Of a stretch of DNA of 32,000 nt, positions 18,602 through 28,151 are shown one piece after another. A program made the position numbers and the translations under genes. How positions within the stretch are numbered: the first letter of the stretch is position 1; every line of letters begins with the position of its first letter. The notes beneath the pieces were generated by a model. The model saw only the letters and a list, made by a program, of their open reading frames with translations, had not been told where the DNA came from and made no database searches. Source of the DNA: Candidatus Caldarchaeum subterraneum (lineage in GTDB: Archaea > Thermoproteota > Nitrososphaeria_A > Caldarchaeales > Caldarchaeaceae). The stretch spans positions 967,024 through 999,023 of the forward strand of contig BA000048.1 of the NCBI GenBank assembly GCA_000270325.1, written 5' to 3'.

Positions 18602-19377
18602 TCAAGGCTAGATTCATCAGCGGGAGGCTGGGAACGCTCCATGAGTGGCTTGACTCGAGGTATATATCCTCTTTGCAGCCCTTCGGAAAAGCGTTAGAAC
18701 ACAGCCTCATGAAAGCAAAGTATTCGTTTGATGGCTACGTGCTGTGGGAGGAAGAGGATTACTGTTCCCCACCCCTTGCTATGGAGCGAGAGGCCGTGCT
18801 GGACCACTATTTCTCAGACTTGTCTGTGGAAAGGGTTAGTGAAGGAGAGGGTTGGAGAAGAATAGCACATTTTCCGAGTATCTGGATTTTCTATAAAGGA
18901 TTACCAATGAGACGCGGTGAGAGGCCCTTGACCAGCAAAGGTATGCCGCATAGGCAGGTAAGCCAAAACCCGTCGCCAAAAATCTACAACCAGCTGGCCG
19001 AGCTTTTGTTCAGCATCCCCGATGTCGAGGAGGGGCCCAGCTTAATATCTGTTCCCGGTGCAAGAGGACTTTGGCTGTCATCGGAAAAGGCCAACATCCC
19101 ACGTGACGCCTACATGATTGAACAGGAGTTTGCGCATCTCCATCCACCGCAGGACGGCAGCATGCATCTAATGGCTCCGCCCAACTGGCTGGAGGAGATA
19201 ATCTCCAAAGGCTGGGGAGAGAAACATCCTCTCGCCGGCATAGTTATTCCGGAAAACGCGGTAATGCTCTACGCTCCACGGGATGATGAAGAGATTGATA
19301 CATTGTACAACCTTGTTCTACTGTCCTACTGGCGGGCAAAGGGCGTGATAATACCAGACCCTAGAAGCATCGCATAA
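18586..19377 (+). CDS. Two-domain hypothetical protein (263 aa). The C-terminal half resembles the small 'luciferase family protein'/DUF-type domain with an EFAHLHP..DGS.H motif.
   Basis: It has an ATG start and overlaps the upstream gene by 16 nt. The C-terminal half reads RGERPLTSKGMPHRQ...EQEFAHLHPPQDGSMHLMAPP...KGWGEKHP...VMLYAPRDDEE. I do not recognise the N-terminal roughly 100 aa. The domain assignment is from memory and unverified. Confidence 0.4.
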   Translation: MAHYIIKARFISGRLGTLHEWLDSRYISSLQPFGKALEHSLMKAKYSFDGYVLWEEEDYCSPPLAMEREAVLDHYFSDLSVERVSEGEGWRRIAHFPSIWIFYKGLPMRRGERPLTSKGMPHRQVSQNPSPKIYNQLAELLFSIPDVEEGPSLISVPGARGLWLSSEKANIPRDAYMIEQEFAHLHPPQDGSMHLMAPPNWLEEIISKGWGEKHPLAGIVIPENAVMLYAPRDDEEIDTLYNLVLLSYWRAKGVIIPDPRSIA

Positions 19378-19636
19378 AGGACAAGATTCGCTAGGATTTT
19401 TTATCGAGGTTTGTTGGCGTTTTTAGAGACGTCTTGAGGACAAGTTACCGGGGTCTTTGCCCGAACTGCGGTGAAGGTGTGGGCGACTGAGTCTTGGTTG
19501 ACGTATTCGACGGTATCGCCAAAGTTTATCGTTACCCTATTCCGGCAAAGTGGCGCGTTTTCATCGTAGATGCGATTTCTTTAGTGTGTTGGGGGCTGGA
19601 GTTAAGGTTATGGATGGGGATGATGCACTTTGCCAT

Positions 19637-20038
19637 ATGCATGAGTATGTTGTGGCGGTTGGAGTTGTTGATTCTTTGCAGAATTTTTCTAGGAGTTCTG
19701 GGAGGCGTGTGAAGAGTTTTAGAGTTTTCGTCGGGGAGCTAAGCATGTTGAACCTTGAAGTGCTGAGGGAGGCTTTGGAGAAGCTTATTAGGCAAAGCGA
19801 GGTCGCGGATGCGGTTTTCTCGGTTGAGGTTGAGCGGGCCCGTGTGATATGTGGGTCATGTGGCTATGTGATGTCTTTTGGCGAAGTTGTTGAAGACCTT
19901 GATGACCAGGAGAAGGAGGTGATACATTTTCTTCCCGAGCTGATTGCATCTTATGGGGCATGTAGGATATGCGGCAGCAAGGACTTGCGGATAGAGTCGG
20001 GTAGGGGGGTGAGTGTCCGTGATGTCGTCTATGTCTAG
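19637..20038 (+). CDS. hypA: Hydrogenase nickel-insertion protein HypA (133 aa)
   Basis: It starts with the Ni-binding MHE motif (ATG CAT GAG at 19637). Zn-site pairs are CGSCG and CRICGS. The ORF track's upstream extension from 19550 is unlikely. Confidence 0.85.
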   Translation: MHEYVVAVGVVDSLQNFSRSSGRRVKSFRVFVGELSMLNLEVLREALEKLIRQSEVADAVFSVEVERARVICGSCGYVMSFGEVVEDLDDQEKEVIHFLPELIASYGACRICGSKDLRIESGRGVSVRDVVYV

Positions 20039-20795
20039 AGACGGCTGTATAGATTACCGAGATGCCTTGATCATGAAACGTTTGAGCGAGATTTCGCGTG
20101 TTTTGCTGGTCACCGGCGGGAAGGGTGGCGTTGGAAAAAGCACTGTTGCTTCGACGGCGGCTCTCATACTCTCCCAATCCAGTAACAGGACAGGGCTTCT
20201 CGACCTTGACTTGAACGGGCCATCGGCATGTCTTCTACTCGGTGTAGACGAGTCTCCGGTGGAGACGGAGGAGGGCTTGATTCCTCCGTCTGTCGGAGGG
20301 TTGAAGGTTATGTCGGTTGATTTGTTCGCGAGGGGGAGGCCTCTGCCTTTGACCGGTGGGGCGAAGGAAGAGGTTGTGAAGGAGATGATGGCTCTCACCA
20401 GCTTTGGCAGGCTTGACTACCTTGTGGTGGACACGCCGCCTGGGACGGATGACGAGCTGTTAACCATCACACGGCTGACGAAGCAGGTAGGCGGCGCCCT
20501 CGTAGTCACCACTTCTTCTCCTCTCTCAATCAGCGTGGCCAGACGCGTCATCGAGATTCTCGGCTCGATGAACTACCGAATAGTCGGGTTGGTGGAGAAC
20601 ATGTCTACTGGAGCGGGTGACAGCCCATCGAGGCATCTGGCCGCTGAAACGGAAGTGGAGTTTTTGGGCGCCATCCCCTTTGACGCCGAAATCATGACAG
20701 GCGGAGGAAAAACAGGTCCAGAGAAATTGTTGTCCACCGCTTTCGCGCGGTCTCTTAGAGAGAAGCTTAGGAAAGCTGGGTTGAAGGTTTTCTAA
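20013..20795 (+). CDS. Mrp/MinD-family P-loop ATPase, a likely HypB-type partner of HypA
   Basis: It has the deviant Walker A VTGGKGGVGKST, plus DYLVVDTPPGT and VENMS. No CxxC follows ENMS, unlike the Fe-S scaffold ApbC/Nbp35. The start is ambiguous: GTG at 20013, ATG at 20022 or ATG at 20031, all overlapping the hypA end. Confidence 0.78.
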   Translation: MSVMSSMSRDGCIDYRDALIMKRLSEISRVLLVTGGKGGVGKSTVASTAALILSQSSNRTGLLDLDLNGPSACLLLGVDESPVETEEGLIPPSVGGLKVMSVDLFARGRPLPLTGGAKEEVVKEMMALTSFGRLDYLVVDTPPGTDDELLTITRLTKQVGGALVVTTSSPLSISVARRVIEILGSMNYRIVGLVENMSTGAGDSPSRHLAAETEVEFLGAIPFDAEIMTGGGKTGPEKLLSTAFARSLREKLRKAGLKVF

Positions 20796-20846
20796 GGTGA
20801 GACACATTTAAATGAAATGCCGGTGTAGTATAGACATGGGAGAGTC

Positions 20847-21974
20847 ATGAGTTTTGGGAACGCAGATTATTATGTGATTGGACCCCGTGAACTCGATGAT
20901 TTGTTAAAGGTTCTCCACGGTATGGGGTTTAGGGTTTTTGGACCGAGGGATCGTGATGGTGCCATAGTCTATGACGAGGTTGACTCGGTTTCCCAGTTTC
21001 CCGTGGGATTGAGGGATAGACAGGGCCCGGGCTATTATAGGCTGGAGAGGAGAGGCGATGGGGCGTTTTTCGGCTATGTTGTGGGGCCGCAGTCGTGGAA
21101 GAAGTTTCTCTACCCTGCTCGGGTTAGGCTGCTGACTGTTACCCGTAAAGGAGAGGTGAAGCTTCACAACACTGACGGCTCGAAGATGGCTTTCATAGGT
21201 GTCCGCGGCTGCGAGTTGGCTGCCATAAGTATTCTCGACAAGGTGCTGCTCGGCGGCCCCTATGTGGACCCTGTTTACGCCGCGAGGAGAAAAAACCTCT
21301 TCATCGTCGCGGTCAACTGCACTGAGCCGGGTGAGAACTGTTTCTGCTCTTCGATGGGGACAGGGCCGGAGGCTTCCTCCGGGTTTGACATAGCCCTTAC
21401 AGAGGTTCTGGATGATGGTGTCCACTATTTTGTGGCTAGGCCCGGTTCAAAGAATGCGCAGAGATTTCTCGAGCAGGTTGGCGCTCGTAAGGCGACTGAG
21501 GAGGAGGTGGCGAAAGCCGCGTCGCTCATGGAGAGAAGCCGCATGCTTTTCAAGAAAAGGTTCGAGGCAAAAGGGTGCCGCGAAGCTCTCTACAACAATT
21601 TAGAGAGCCCTGTCTACGCCGAGGTTGCGGAAAGGTGTCTCGCCTGCGGCAACTGCACACTCGTGTGCCCAACATGCTTCTGCACATCAACGGATGAGGT
21701 GACCGACCTCTCGGGGGAGAAGGCAGAGCGATGGAGAAGATGGGACTCATGCTTCAACGCTGATTTTAGCTATATCCATGGGGGGCCGATTAGGGCGAGC
21801 AGGTTAAGCCGATACAGGCAGTGGATTACGCATAAGCTTTCGACATGGGTTGACCAGTTCGGGATGCTCGGTTGCGTGGGATGCGGCAGATGCATCACAT
21901 GGTGCCCCGTCGGCATAGACATCACCGAGGAAGCGGCCAAAATCATGCAGAGAGCTGTGGAGGCTGGTACATGA
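20847..21974 (+). CDS. hyhB: Group 3b [NiFe]-hydrogenase beta subunit (AsrA-like 4Fe-4S protein), 375 aa
   Basis: Cys clusters seen: NCTEPGENCFCSSMG, CLACGNCTLVCPTCFC, and GCVGCGRCITWCP. It is the first gene of the hydrogenase operon. Confidence 0.75.
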   Translation: MSFGNADYYVIGPRELDDLLKVLHGMGFRVFGPRDRDGAIVYDEVDSVSQFPVGLRDRQGPGYYRLERRGDGAFFGYVVGPQSWKKFLYPARVRLLTVTRKGEVKLHNTDGSKMAFIGVRGCELAAISILDKVLLGGPYVDPVYAARRKNLFIVAVNCTEPGENCFCSSMGTGPEASSGFDIALTEVLDDGVHYFVARPGSKNAQRFLEQVGARKATEEEVAKAASLMERSRMLFKKRFEAKGCREALYNNLESPVYAEVAERCLACGNCTLVCPTCFCTSTDEVTDLSGEKAERWRRWDSCFNADFSYIHGGPIRASRLSRYRQWITHKLSTWVDQFGMLGCVGCGRCITWCPVGIDITEEAAKIMQRAVEAGT

Positions 21975-22459
21975 TGAGCGGCCACCATGTTGAACTTTTG
22001 ACACTCTTAAAAGACCACCCATTCACCAAGAACATGTCCGAGGAAAAGGTCATGCAGCTCGCTTCAATCTCCACGCTCGTCAGGTTTTCCGCAGGTCAAA
22101 AAATTTTCGAAGAAGGCGAGGTGCATAAACGGCTCTATCTCATCGTCTACGGGCTGGTCGCCCTCTATTTCCAAATCCCTACGAGAGGCGAGTTCAGGTT
22201 TGAGACAATAGGCAGCGGAGAGGTCCTCGGATGGTCATCACTCATGGAACCCTTCAAGAAAACATCGGGCGCCGTGGCTGTGGAAAACACGTTGGCAATC
22301 GCCGTCGATAGTGAGAAACTTCTACGGATGATGAGGGACGACCCTGTTTTCGGCTCCGAGGTTTACCGGAGAATAGTGATGGTTGTCGCCGATAGGCTGA
22401 GGGCGGCGAGGATGCGTCTATTAGACATCTATGGCAAGGCGGAGGAGTTTAAGACATGA
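21971..22459 (+). CDS. Stand-alone cyclic-nucleotide-binding-like (Crp-type beta-barrel) domain protein, 162 aa, no HTH
   Basis: Motifs seen: FSAGQKIFEEGEVHKRLYLIVYGLVALYF and GSGEVLGWSSL. It has ATGA overlaps with both flanking hydrogenase genes. Confidence 0.65.
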   Translation: MMSGHHVELLTLLKDHPFTKNMSEEKVMQLASISTLVRFSAGQKIFEEGEVHKRLYLIVYGLVALYFQIPTRGEFRFETIGSGEVLGWSSLMEPFKKTSGAVAVENTLAIAVDSEKLLRMMRDDPVFGSEVYRRIVMVVADRLRAARMRLLDIYGKAEEFKT

Positions 22460-23310
22460 TAGCCGAGCAGAAGATTCAGCCAGAGGAAGGGCTTGACACT
22501 TTCGCAATCAAATGGTGCCGTGTAGTGTCGAGAAGAAGAGAGACGCCTGACACCTACACGCTCAAAATTAAGCCGCTCAACGGCTCTGTAAACTATAGCC
22601 CGGGCCAGTTCAGCATGCTTTACCGCTACGGCGTGGGTGAAGCCCCTATCTCATTCAGTGGAGACTCGGACAACGGTGAACAGGTTGAACACACCTTGAG
22701 GGCGGTCGGAGGAGTCACACGTGCATTAGCGTCCGCTCAGCCTGGAGACACTGTGGGCATGAGAGGTCCCTTCGGAAACGGCTGGCCTCTGAAAGAGGCT
22801 GAAGGCCACGATGTGGTAGTTGTCGCCGGAGGCATCGGGCTTGCACCACTCCGACCCCTAATCAGACACTTTCTCAGAAGCCGTGAAAAAATTGGGAAGC
22901 TCTACATCCTCTACGGCGCCCGCAGTCCCGGCGAATTGGTCTACAAAAGAGAGCTCCAAGCATGGAAGAAGCGGCTTGGCGCACGGCTGCTTATCACGGT
23001 TGACAAGGGTGATGAAAAATGGAGAGGACACATCGGCGTCGTCACGACACTTTTCAAATATGTTACACTCGACCCTGAAAACACCTACGCATACATCTGC
23101 GGCCCCGAGATAATGATGAGGTTCACGATAGCTGAGTTGAAAAAACAGGGACTAGGCGACGACAGGATATTCATCTCCATGGAGCGTAACATGAAATGTG
23201 GTGTAGGCTTGTGCGGGCACTGCCAGTTCGGCCCATACTTCGTCTGCAAAGACGGCCCCGTCTTCAGCTACTCGGAGGTGTCGCATCTCTTCGGGAGGAG
23301 AGAGATATGA
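22456..23310 (+). CDS. hyhG: Group 3b hydrogenase gamma subunit (FAD/NAD(P)-binding, 2Fe-2S; PyrK/AsrB-like), 284 aa
   Basis: Motifs seen: [12 protein letters not shown] (nucleotide-binding), ICGPEIMM, and the C-terminal [12 protein letters not shown]. Confidence 0.8.
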   Translation: MIAEQKIQPEEGLDTFAIKWCRVVSRRRETPDTYTLKIKPLNGSVNYSPGQFSMLYRYGVGEAPISFSGDSDNGEQVEHTLRAVGGVTRALASAQPGDTVGMRGPFGNGWPLKEAEGHDVVVVAGGIGLAPLRPLIRHFLRSREKIGKLYILYGARSPGELVYKRELQAWKKRLGARLLITVDKGDEKWRGHIGVVTTLFKYVTLDPENTYAYICGPEIMMRFTIAELKKQGLGDDRIFISMERNMKCGVGLCGHCQFGPYFVCKDGPVFSYSEVSHLFGRREI

Positions 23311-24068
23311 AGCGGAAACCCAAGATAGCTGTCTACAAGTTTGCGTCATGCGACGGCTGCCAGCTGAGCGTCCTCGACCTAGAGGATGAGCTACTGGCGA
23401 TTGGGGAAAAATTCGAGATAGCGTATTTTCTCGAGGCCAGCCGTGCCGTGGTGAAAGGGCCCTACGACATCGCGCTCGTTGAGGGAAGTATAACCACTCC
23501 TCATGACGCGGCTCTGATAAAAGAGGTTAGAAAAAACTCCAGAATCTTGATAACAATTGGGGCGTGTGCCACGGCTGGCGGAATACAGGCGCTTAGAAAC
23601 TGGCGCGGCTCAGCAGAGTTCATGAAATATGTCTACGCAAGGCCAGAGTATATCGAGACCCTCGACAAGTCAACACCTGTCGCCGACCATGTTCCAGTAG
23701 ATTTTGAGCTGCGCGGCTGCCCGATAAACAAGTATCAGCTGCTGGAGGTTATGTCGGCTTTTCTCGCGGGCCGTGCGCCGAACATTCCGAGTCACAGCGT
23801 CTGTGTTGAATGCAAGCTGCGGGGGACGGTTTGTGTGATGGTTGCACAAGGGATACCTTGTCTCGGGCCCGTCACCCAAGCGGGCTGCGGAGCAATCTGC
23901 CCATCCTACAACAGAGGCTGTTACGGCTGCTTCGGGCCGAAAGAAACGCCGAACACCAAGCAGCTCGTTGAAAAGTTTGTGGAGCTTGGTAAAAGCAGGG
24001 AGGAGGCGGTCATGCTTCTCAGGCTGTTCAACGCGTGGGCTCCCGGGTTCAGGGAGGTGGAGACATGA
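23307..24068 (+). CDS. hyhS: Group 3b [NiFe]-hydrogenase small (delta) subunit, 253 aa
   Basis: Motifs seen: [32 protein letters not shown], and the C-terminal Cys-rich region [11 protein letters not shown]...[19 protein letters not shown] prefer the ATG at 23307, which forms an ATGA overlap. Confidence 0.85.
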   Translation: MKRKPKIAVYKFASCDGCQLSVLDLEDELLAIGEKFEIAYFLEASRAVVKGPYDIALVEGSITTPHDAALIKEVRKNSRILITIGACATAGGIQALRNWRGSAEFMKYVYARPEYIETLDKSTPVADHVPVDFELRGCPINKYQLLEVMSAFLAGRAPNIPSHSVCVECKLRGTVCVMVAQGIPCLGPVTQAGCGAICPSYNRGCYGCFGPKETPNTKQLVEKFVELGKSREEAVMLLRLFNAWAPGFREVET

Positions 24069-25351
24069 GCAAAGAGTATAGGGTTGATTATCTTGCGAGG
24101 GTTGAGGGAGAGGGAGCGCTGTATGTCAAGGTGAGAGGAGACGAGGTGGTTGACGTTAAGTTCAAGATATTTGAGCCGCCGAGGCTTTTCGAAGCCTTTC
24201 TAATAGGAAGAATGTACTATGATGCGCCTGACATAACCGCTCGGATATGCGGCATCTGCCCAGTCGCCTATCAGATGAGCTCCATCCACGCTATGGAAAA
24301 CCTCTTCGGCGTCGTCGTCGAGCCAGCTGTCAGAGAGTTGAGGCGGCTTCTTTACTGCGGTGAATGGATTGAGAGCCACATGCTTCACGCTTTTCTGCTC
24401 CATGCACCCGACTTTCTCGGCTACGACGACGCGTTGAAAATGGCTAAGCGGCATCCCGACGTTGTGAAGAAGGCTCTCAAAGCTAAGAAAATCGGTAACG
24501 ATGTGGTGGCGCGTCTGGGCGGTAGAGAAATTCACCCGGTTTCGGCCTGTGTGGGAGGGTTTTACCGCGTGCCGTCTAAGAGGGAGCTCGCCGAGCTACG
24601 GCCCAGCCTCATAGAGGGGTTGAAGATTACGGAGGAGCTTCTCGAATGGGTTGCTGGCTTAGAGTTTCCCGAGTTCGAACAGGACTACGAGTTCGTGGCT
24701 CTCAGGCATCCAGACGAGTATCCGATGAACGAGGGCAGAATCATGTCAAACAAAGGCCTAGACATCACTGTGGACCAGTACGAGAATCACTTCGCCGAGG
24801 AGCAAGTCCCACACTCAAACGCTCTACACTCATACATCATCGGAAGAGGAGCCTACATGGTCGGGCCACTATCACGCATAAACCTAAACATCGACAAGCT
24901 ACACGACCTCACAAAAACTGCATTAGAGCGGATAGGATTCAAGCCACCTTGTCGCAACCCGTTCAAAAGCATAATCGCCCGTGTAGCGGAAACTCTCTAC
25001 GCCTTTGAAGAGGCGCTGCGGATTGTTGATACGTATTCGGAGCCGAGGGTGGCGAGGGTTGAGCTGTCTGTGAGAGCGGGTCGAGGATGTGGATGCACCG
25101 AGGCTCCTCGCGGAATACTTTATCACAGATATGATGTGGATGAGCATGGCCGCATACTGTCGGCTAAGATTGTTCCCCCCACGGCCCAGAACCAGAAAAG
25201 CATAGAAGAAGACCTTAGAAAGCTGGCGCCTAAAATCATCAAGCTTCCACGCAGCCAAGCGGTTTGGCGGTTTGAGCAGGCGATTAGAAACTATGACCCA
25301 TGCATCTCATGTGCAACTCATTTCCTCAGGCTTGAGGTTGAGCAAGAATAG
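24065..25351 (+). CDS. hyhL: Group 3b [NiFe]-hydrogenase large (alpha) subunit, 428 aa
   Basis: Motifs seen: [11 protein letters not shown], the N-terminal ligand pair [10 protein letters not shown], and the C-terminal DPCISCATH followed by a 9-aa tail. I prefer the ATG at 24065, which forms an ATGA overlap. Confidence 0.92.
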   Translation: MSKEYRVDYLARVEGEGALYVKVRGDEVVDVKFKIFEPPRLFEAFLIGRMYYDAPDITARICGICPVAYQMSSIHAMENLFGVVVEPAVRELRRLLYCGEWIESHMLHAFLLHAPDFLGYDDALKMAKRHPDVVKKALKAKKIGNDVVARLGGREIHPVSACVGGFYRVPSKRELAELRPSLIEGLKITEELLEWVAGLEFPEFEQDYEFVALRHPDEYPMNEGRIMSNKGLDITVDQYENHFAEEQVPHSNALHSYIIGRGAYMVGPLSRINLNIDKLHDLTKTALERIGFKPPCRNPFKSIIARVAETLYAFEEALRIVDTYSEPRVARVELSVRAGRGCGCTEAPRGILYHRYDVDEHGRILSAKIVPPTAQNQKSIEEDLRKLAPKIIKLPRSQAVWRFEQAIRNYDPCISCATHFLRLEVEQE

Positions 25352-25793
25352 AGTCTTGGTGGTTTGCATAGGGAACAGGGTTAGGGGAGATGACGGAGCA
25401 GGACAGAGGGTCGCCGACATCCTCGAATCCGAGCACGGGATAACTGCATTACGGGTCCAGACGCCGGCCGAGCTGCTGAACATCCCGCTGGACGACGTGA
25501 GTCATCTGGTTGTCGTCGACGCTTTGGAGAAGGTGTCGAGAAGCGGAGAGATACATCGTTTCCAGTCTGTCGAGAATTTGTCCACCGCTGTTCCGTGGAG
25601 GTCTACACACACCATGTCGGTGCCTGAGGCGCTAAAGCTGATGAAGCTGCTCACCACTTTTCCCGAAAAAATAACGATTTACGGCATAGAGGGGGAAAGT
25701 TTCCAGCCAGGTGTAGGCATATCCGAAGGGGTTGAGAAAGCCTGTAGAATAGTGGCGAAGGAGATAGCCAAGTTTTTCTCGCGTGATGAATAA
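25338..25793 (+). CDS. Hydrogenase maturation endopeptidase (HycI/HoxW/FrxA type)
   Basis: The motif [21 protein letters not shown] matches the GNxxxGDDGxG signature. The start is uncertain. The TTG at 25338 overlaps the hyhL end, and the ORF track starts at 25272. Confidence 0.8.
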   Translation: MSKNRVLVVCIGNRVRGDDGAGQRVADILESEHGITALRVQTPAELLNIPLDDVSHLVVVDALEKVSRSGEIHRFQSVENLSTAVPWRSTHTMSVPEALKLMKLLTTFPEKITIYGIEGESFQPGVGISEGVEKACRIVAKEIAKFFSRDE

Positions 25794-25797
25794 ATTG

Positions 25798-28113
25798 CTA
25801 GGGGCGTGTCAGTGTTCTGTATGCGGCGATGGCTGCCTGTCCCAGAGCTATTCCCCCATCGCCCGCCGGAGCCTGCGAGGGGAGAAGAATCGTGAGTCCT
25901 GTGTCTTGGAGCGCGTCTTTCACACCCTCAACTAGGTAGGTGTTAACAGATGCGCCGCCCGACAACACCACATACCTCCTCCCCCTTGAATAGATGCCCG
26001 CTATCCTACCCAAGCCAAAGCCCACGGCATATTGAACCATGTAGCCAACTTCCCGCCTATCAGCTCCATTTCTCACCAGCTCGAGGGCCTGTAAAACGAT
26101 GTCCGTGCTGTCAACCACATGGATGTCTCCGTTTGTTATTCGTGGCCTGATTTTTTCCTCGGTGGGTTTTGAGTTGTCCTCGAGCACTATGGCGGGTTCT
26201 CCCTCATAGCTGCGGTGGGTGCAGAAGCCCAGCATCGCCGAGACCGCATCCAGCACCCTGCCCGTGCTAGATGTGCGGGCAACAGTATTCTCGATGTTTC
26301 TCAGCACCAGTTCAAACTCCTCCCAGCCTCTCCTGAACCCTTTCTCGACAAGCCCTAGCTCACGGAAAACCATCCGCAACTCCTCCACCGTGAGCTTTTC
26401 CGATAAAATTCCGGCCAACATTCGGGCGGGATACTCCACGGCCCTGTCTCCCCCCGGCATCTTTTGAGGCTTTAGACAGCCCACTCGCTTGAAGGATGAG
26501 TAATCCGCCAAAACCACTTCGCCGCCCCACGCCGTGCCGTCGACACCATAGCCCACGCCGTCAACAGATATTCCAACAACCTCTTCATCAACAACACCGT
26601 GTTCAGCCATCACCGCGGCAGTATGCGCCCAGTGATGCTGGACCCTCAAAAGCTCCGAGCCGAATCTTCTTGACCACTCCTCAGCCAGCAGCGTCGATGG
26701 ATAAAGAGGATGTAGGTCGCACACATTCACCGCAGACTCTAAAGTGATTCCATAAGATGTGACGAGTGTGTTGAGGTATTTTTCGAGGTCTGTGAAAGAG
26801 GTGTATCCGTCTACGTCTCCTATGAACTGTGTAAGAACAATCTTGTCATCGAAAGCAACCGCTCCAGCTGTCTGCAGCATCGCTCCAAACGCTACAACTT
26901 CTCTCTCTGTTTTGAAGGGAATCTGTATCCACTGAGGCGCGTATCCTCTACCTCTCCTCAACATAGTCGGCTTCTGGTCCGTGAACCTCACCACGCTGTC
27001 GTCAACCCTGTTCACAATCTCCCTGTTATGCATGAGAAAGAAGTCCACGATGTCTGCGAGTTTTTCAAGGGCTTCGTCGTCACGGGTGCACATCGGCTCG
27101 TTGTAGATGTTTCCGCTGGTCATTATGGTGTAGCGTTGTTTCGTGAAAGAGAGAAGGAGATAGTGTAGGCCTGTGTAGGGAAGGAAAACACCCAGCTTCT
27201 TGAGGTTGGGTGCCACGAGAGGCGAGACAGGCACGTCGCCACGCATCGGAAGAAGCAGTATCGGTCTCATGGGTGATTCGAGCAGCTCGAGCGTCGGGGA
27301 AGTTAGCTCGACGAGCAGTGATGCTACATCGGCGTTTAGACACATTATCGCGAAAGGCTTGGTAGGCCTATTCTTTCTACGCCGCAGCAGGGCTACAACA
27401 TCGTCATCCACCGCCGAGGCAGCAATATGGTAGCCGCCCAGCCCTTTGACCGCCACAATACAGCCGTCATCAATAAGTTTAGCCGCTTCTATCACAGCCT
27501 CAAGCCCACCAACCTGAAACCCGCCTTTGCAGTCGACCAGATACACAGAGGGCCCGCATGCGGGGCAGCTGATTCCCTGTGCATGAAACCTCCTCACGTT
27601 ATCAGGGTCGGAATAGTCTCTCAAACAATCATTACACATCGGGAAATCCCTCATCGAGGTGTTCTCCCTGTCATATGGCACACGGTAAAGCATCGAGTAG
27701 CGGGGTCCACAGTTCGCGCAAGAGTTGAAAGGATAGTTGCGCCACCGTGTATCGGACAGAATCTCGTTTAGACAGTCTCCGCAGATTGCGAAATCGGGCG
27801 GGATGATTGACCTAAAGCTCGCCGAGACATCGCTCTCCATGATCTCGAAGCAGGTGTAGCCTCTAGGTTCTATGGACGTGGCCGAGAACTTGTCTATACG
27901 AGCCTTCTCCGGCTTCCTTGTCTGAAGCAGATGAATAAACTCATCAACCTTCTCGGCTTCTCCTTCTACGATTATCTCGACACCGCTGCCGCCGACGTTT
28001 CTAACATATCCAGACACACCCGTTTCACGGGCTATTCTGTAGACAAACGGCCTGAAGCCAACTCCCTGAACAACCCCCGAAACCCACAGCCTAACCGCCT
28101 TCAAAACATCCAC
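25798..28113 (-). CDS. hypF: Carbamoyltransferase HypF (771 aa)
   Basis: It has an acylphosphatase-like N-terminus (VSGVVQGVGFRPFVYRIA) and two Zn-finger pairs (CGDCLNE..CANCGPRY and CNDCLRDY..CPACGP). YrdC-like and Kae1-like regions follow. Confidence 0.95.
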   Translation of the reverse strand: MDVLKAVRLWVSGVVQGVGFRPFVYRIARETGVSGYVRNVGGSGVEIIVEGEAEKVDEFIHLLQTRKPEKARIDKFSATSIEPRGYTCFEIMESDVSASFRSIIPPDFAICGDCLNEILSDTRWRNYPFNSCANCGPRYSMLYRVPYDRENTSMRDFPMCNDCLRDYSDPDNVRRFHAQGISCPACGPSVYLVDCKGGFQVGGLEAVIEAAKLIDDGCIVAVKGLGGYHIAASAVDDDVVALLRRRKNRPTKPFAIMCLNADVASLLVELTSPTLELLESPMRPILLLPMRGDVPVSPLVAPNLKKLGVFLPYTGLHYLLLSFTKQRYTIMTSGNIYNEPMCTRDDEALEKLADIVDFFLMHNREIVNRVDDSVVRFTDQKPTMLRRGRGYAPQWIQIPFKTEREVVAFGAMLQTAGAVAFDDKIVLTQFIGDVDGYTSFTDLEKYLNTLVTSYGITLESAVNVCDLHPLYPSTLLAEEWSRRFGSELLRVQHHWAHTAAVMAEHGVVDEEVVGISVDGVGYGVDGTAWGGEVVLADYSSFKRVGCLKPQKMPGGDRAVEYPARMLAGILSEKLTVEELRMVFRELGLVEKGFRRGWEEFELVLRNIENTVARTSSTGRVLDAVSAMLGFCTHRSYEGEPAIVLEDNSKPTEEKIRPRITNGDIHVVDSTDIVLQALELVRNGADRREVGYMVQYAVGFGLGRIAGIYSRGRRYVVLSGGASVNTYLVEGVKDALQDTGLTILLPSQAPAGDGGIALGQAAIAAYRTLTRP

Positions 28114-28151
28114 CGGCGGCTAACCCGCTCAACCAACACGCAGCCATATTT

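Noticed and set aside
25272-25337. A long N-terminal extension of the hydrogenase maturation protease overlapping hyhL by 80 nt
   Set aside because: The conserved protease core begins at VLVVCIGN. The upstream residues lie in an alternative frame of the conserved hyhL C-terminus, so a short TTG/GTG-initiated form is more plausible.
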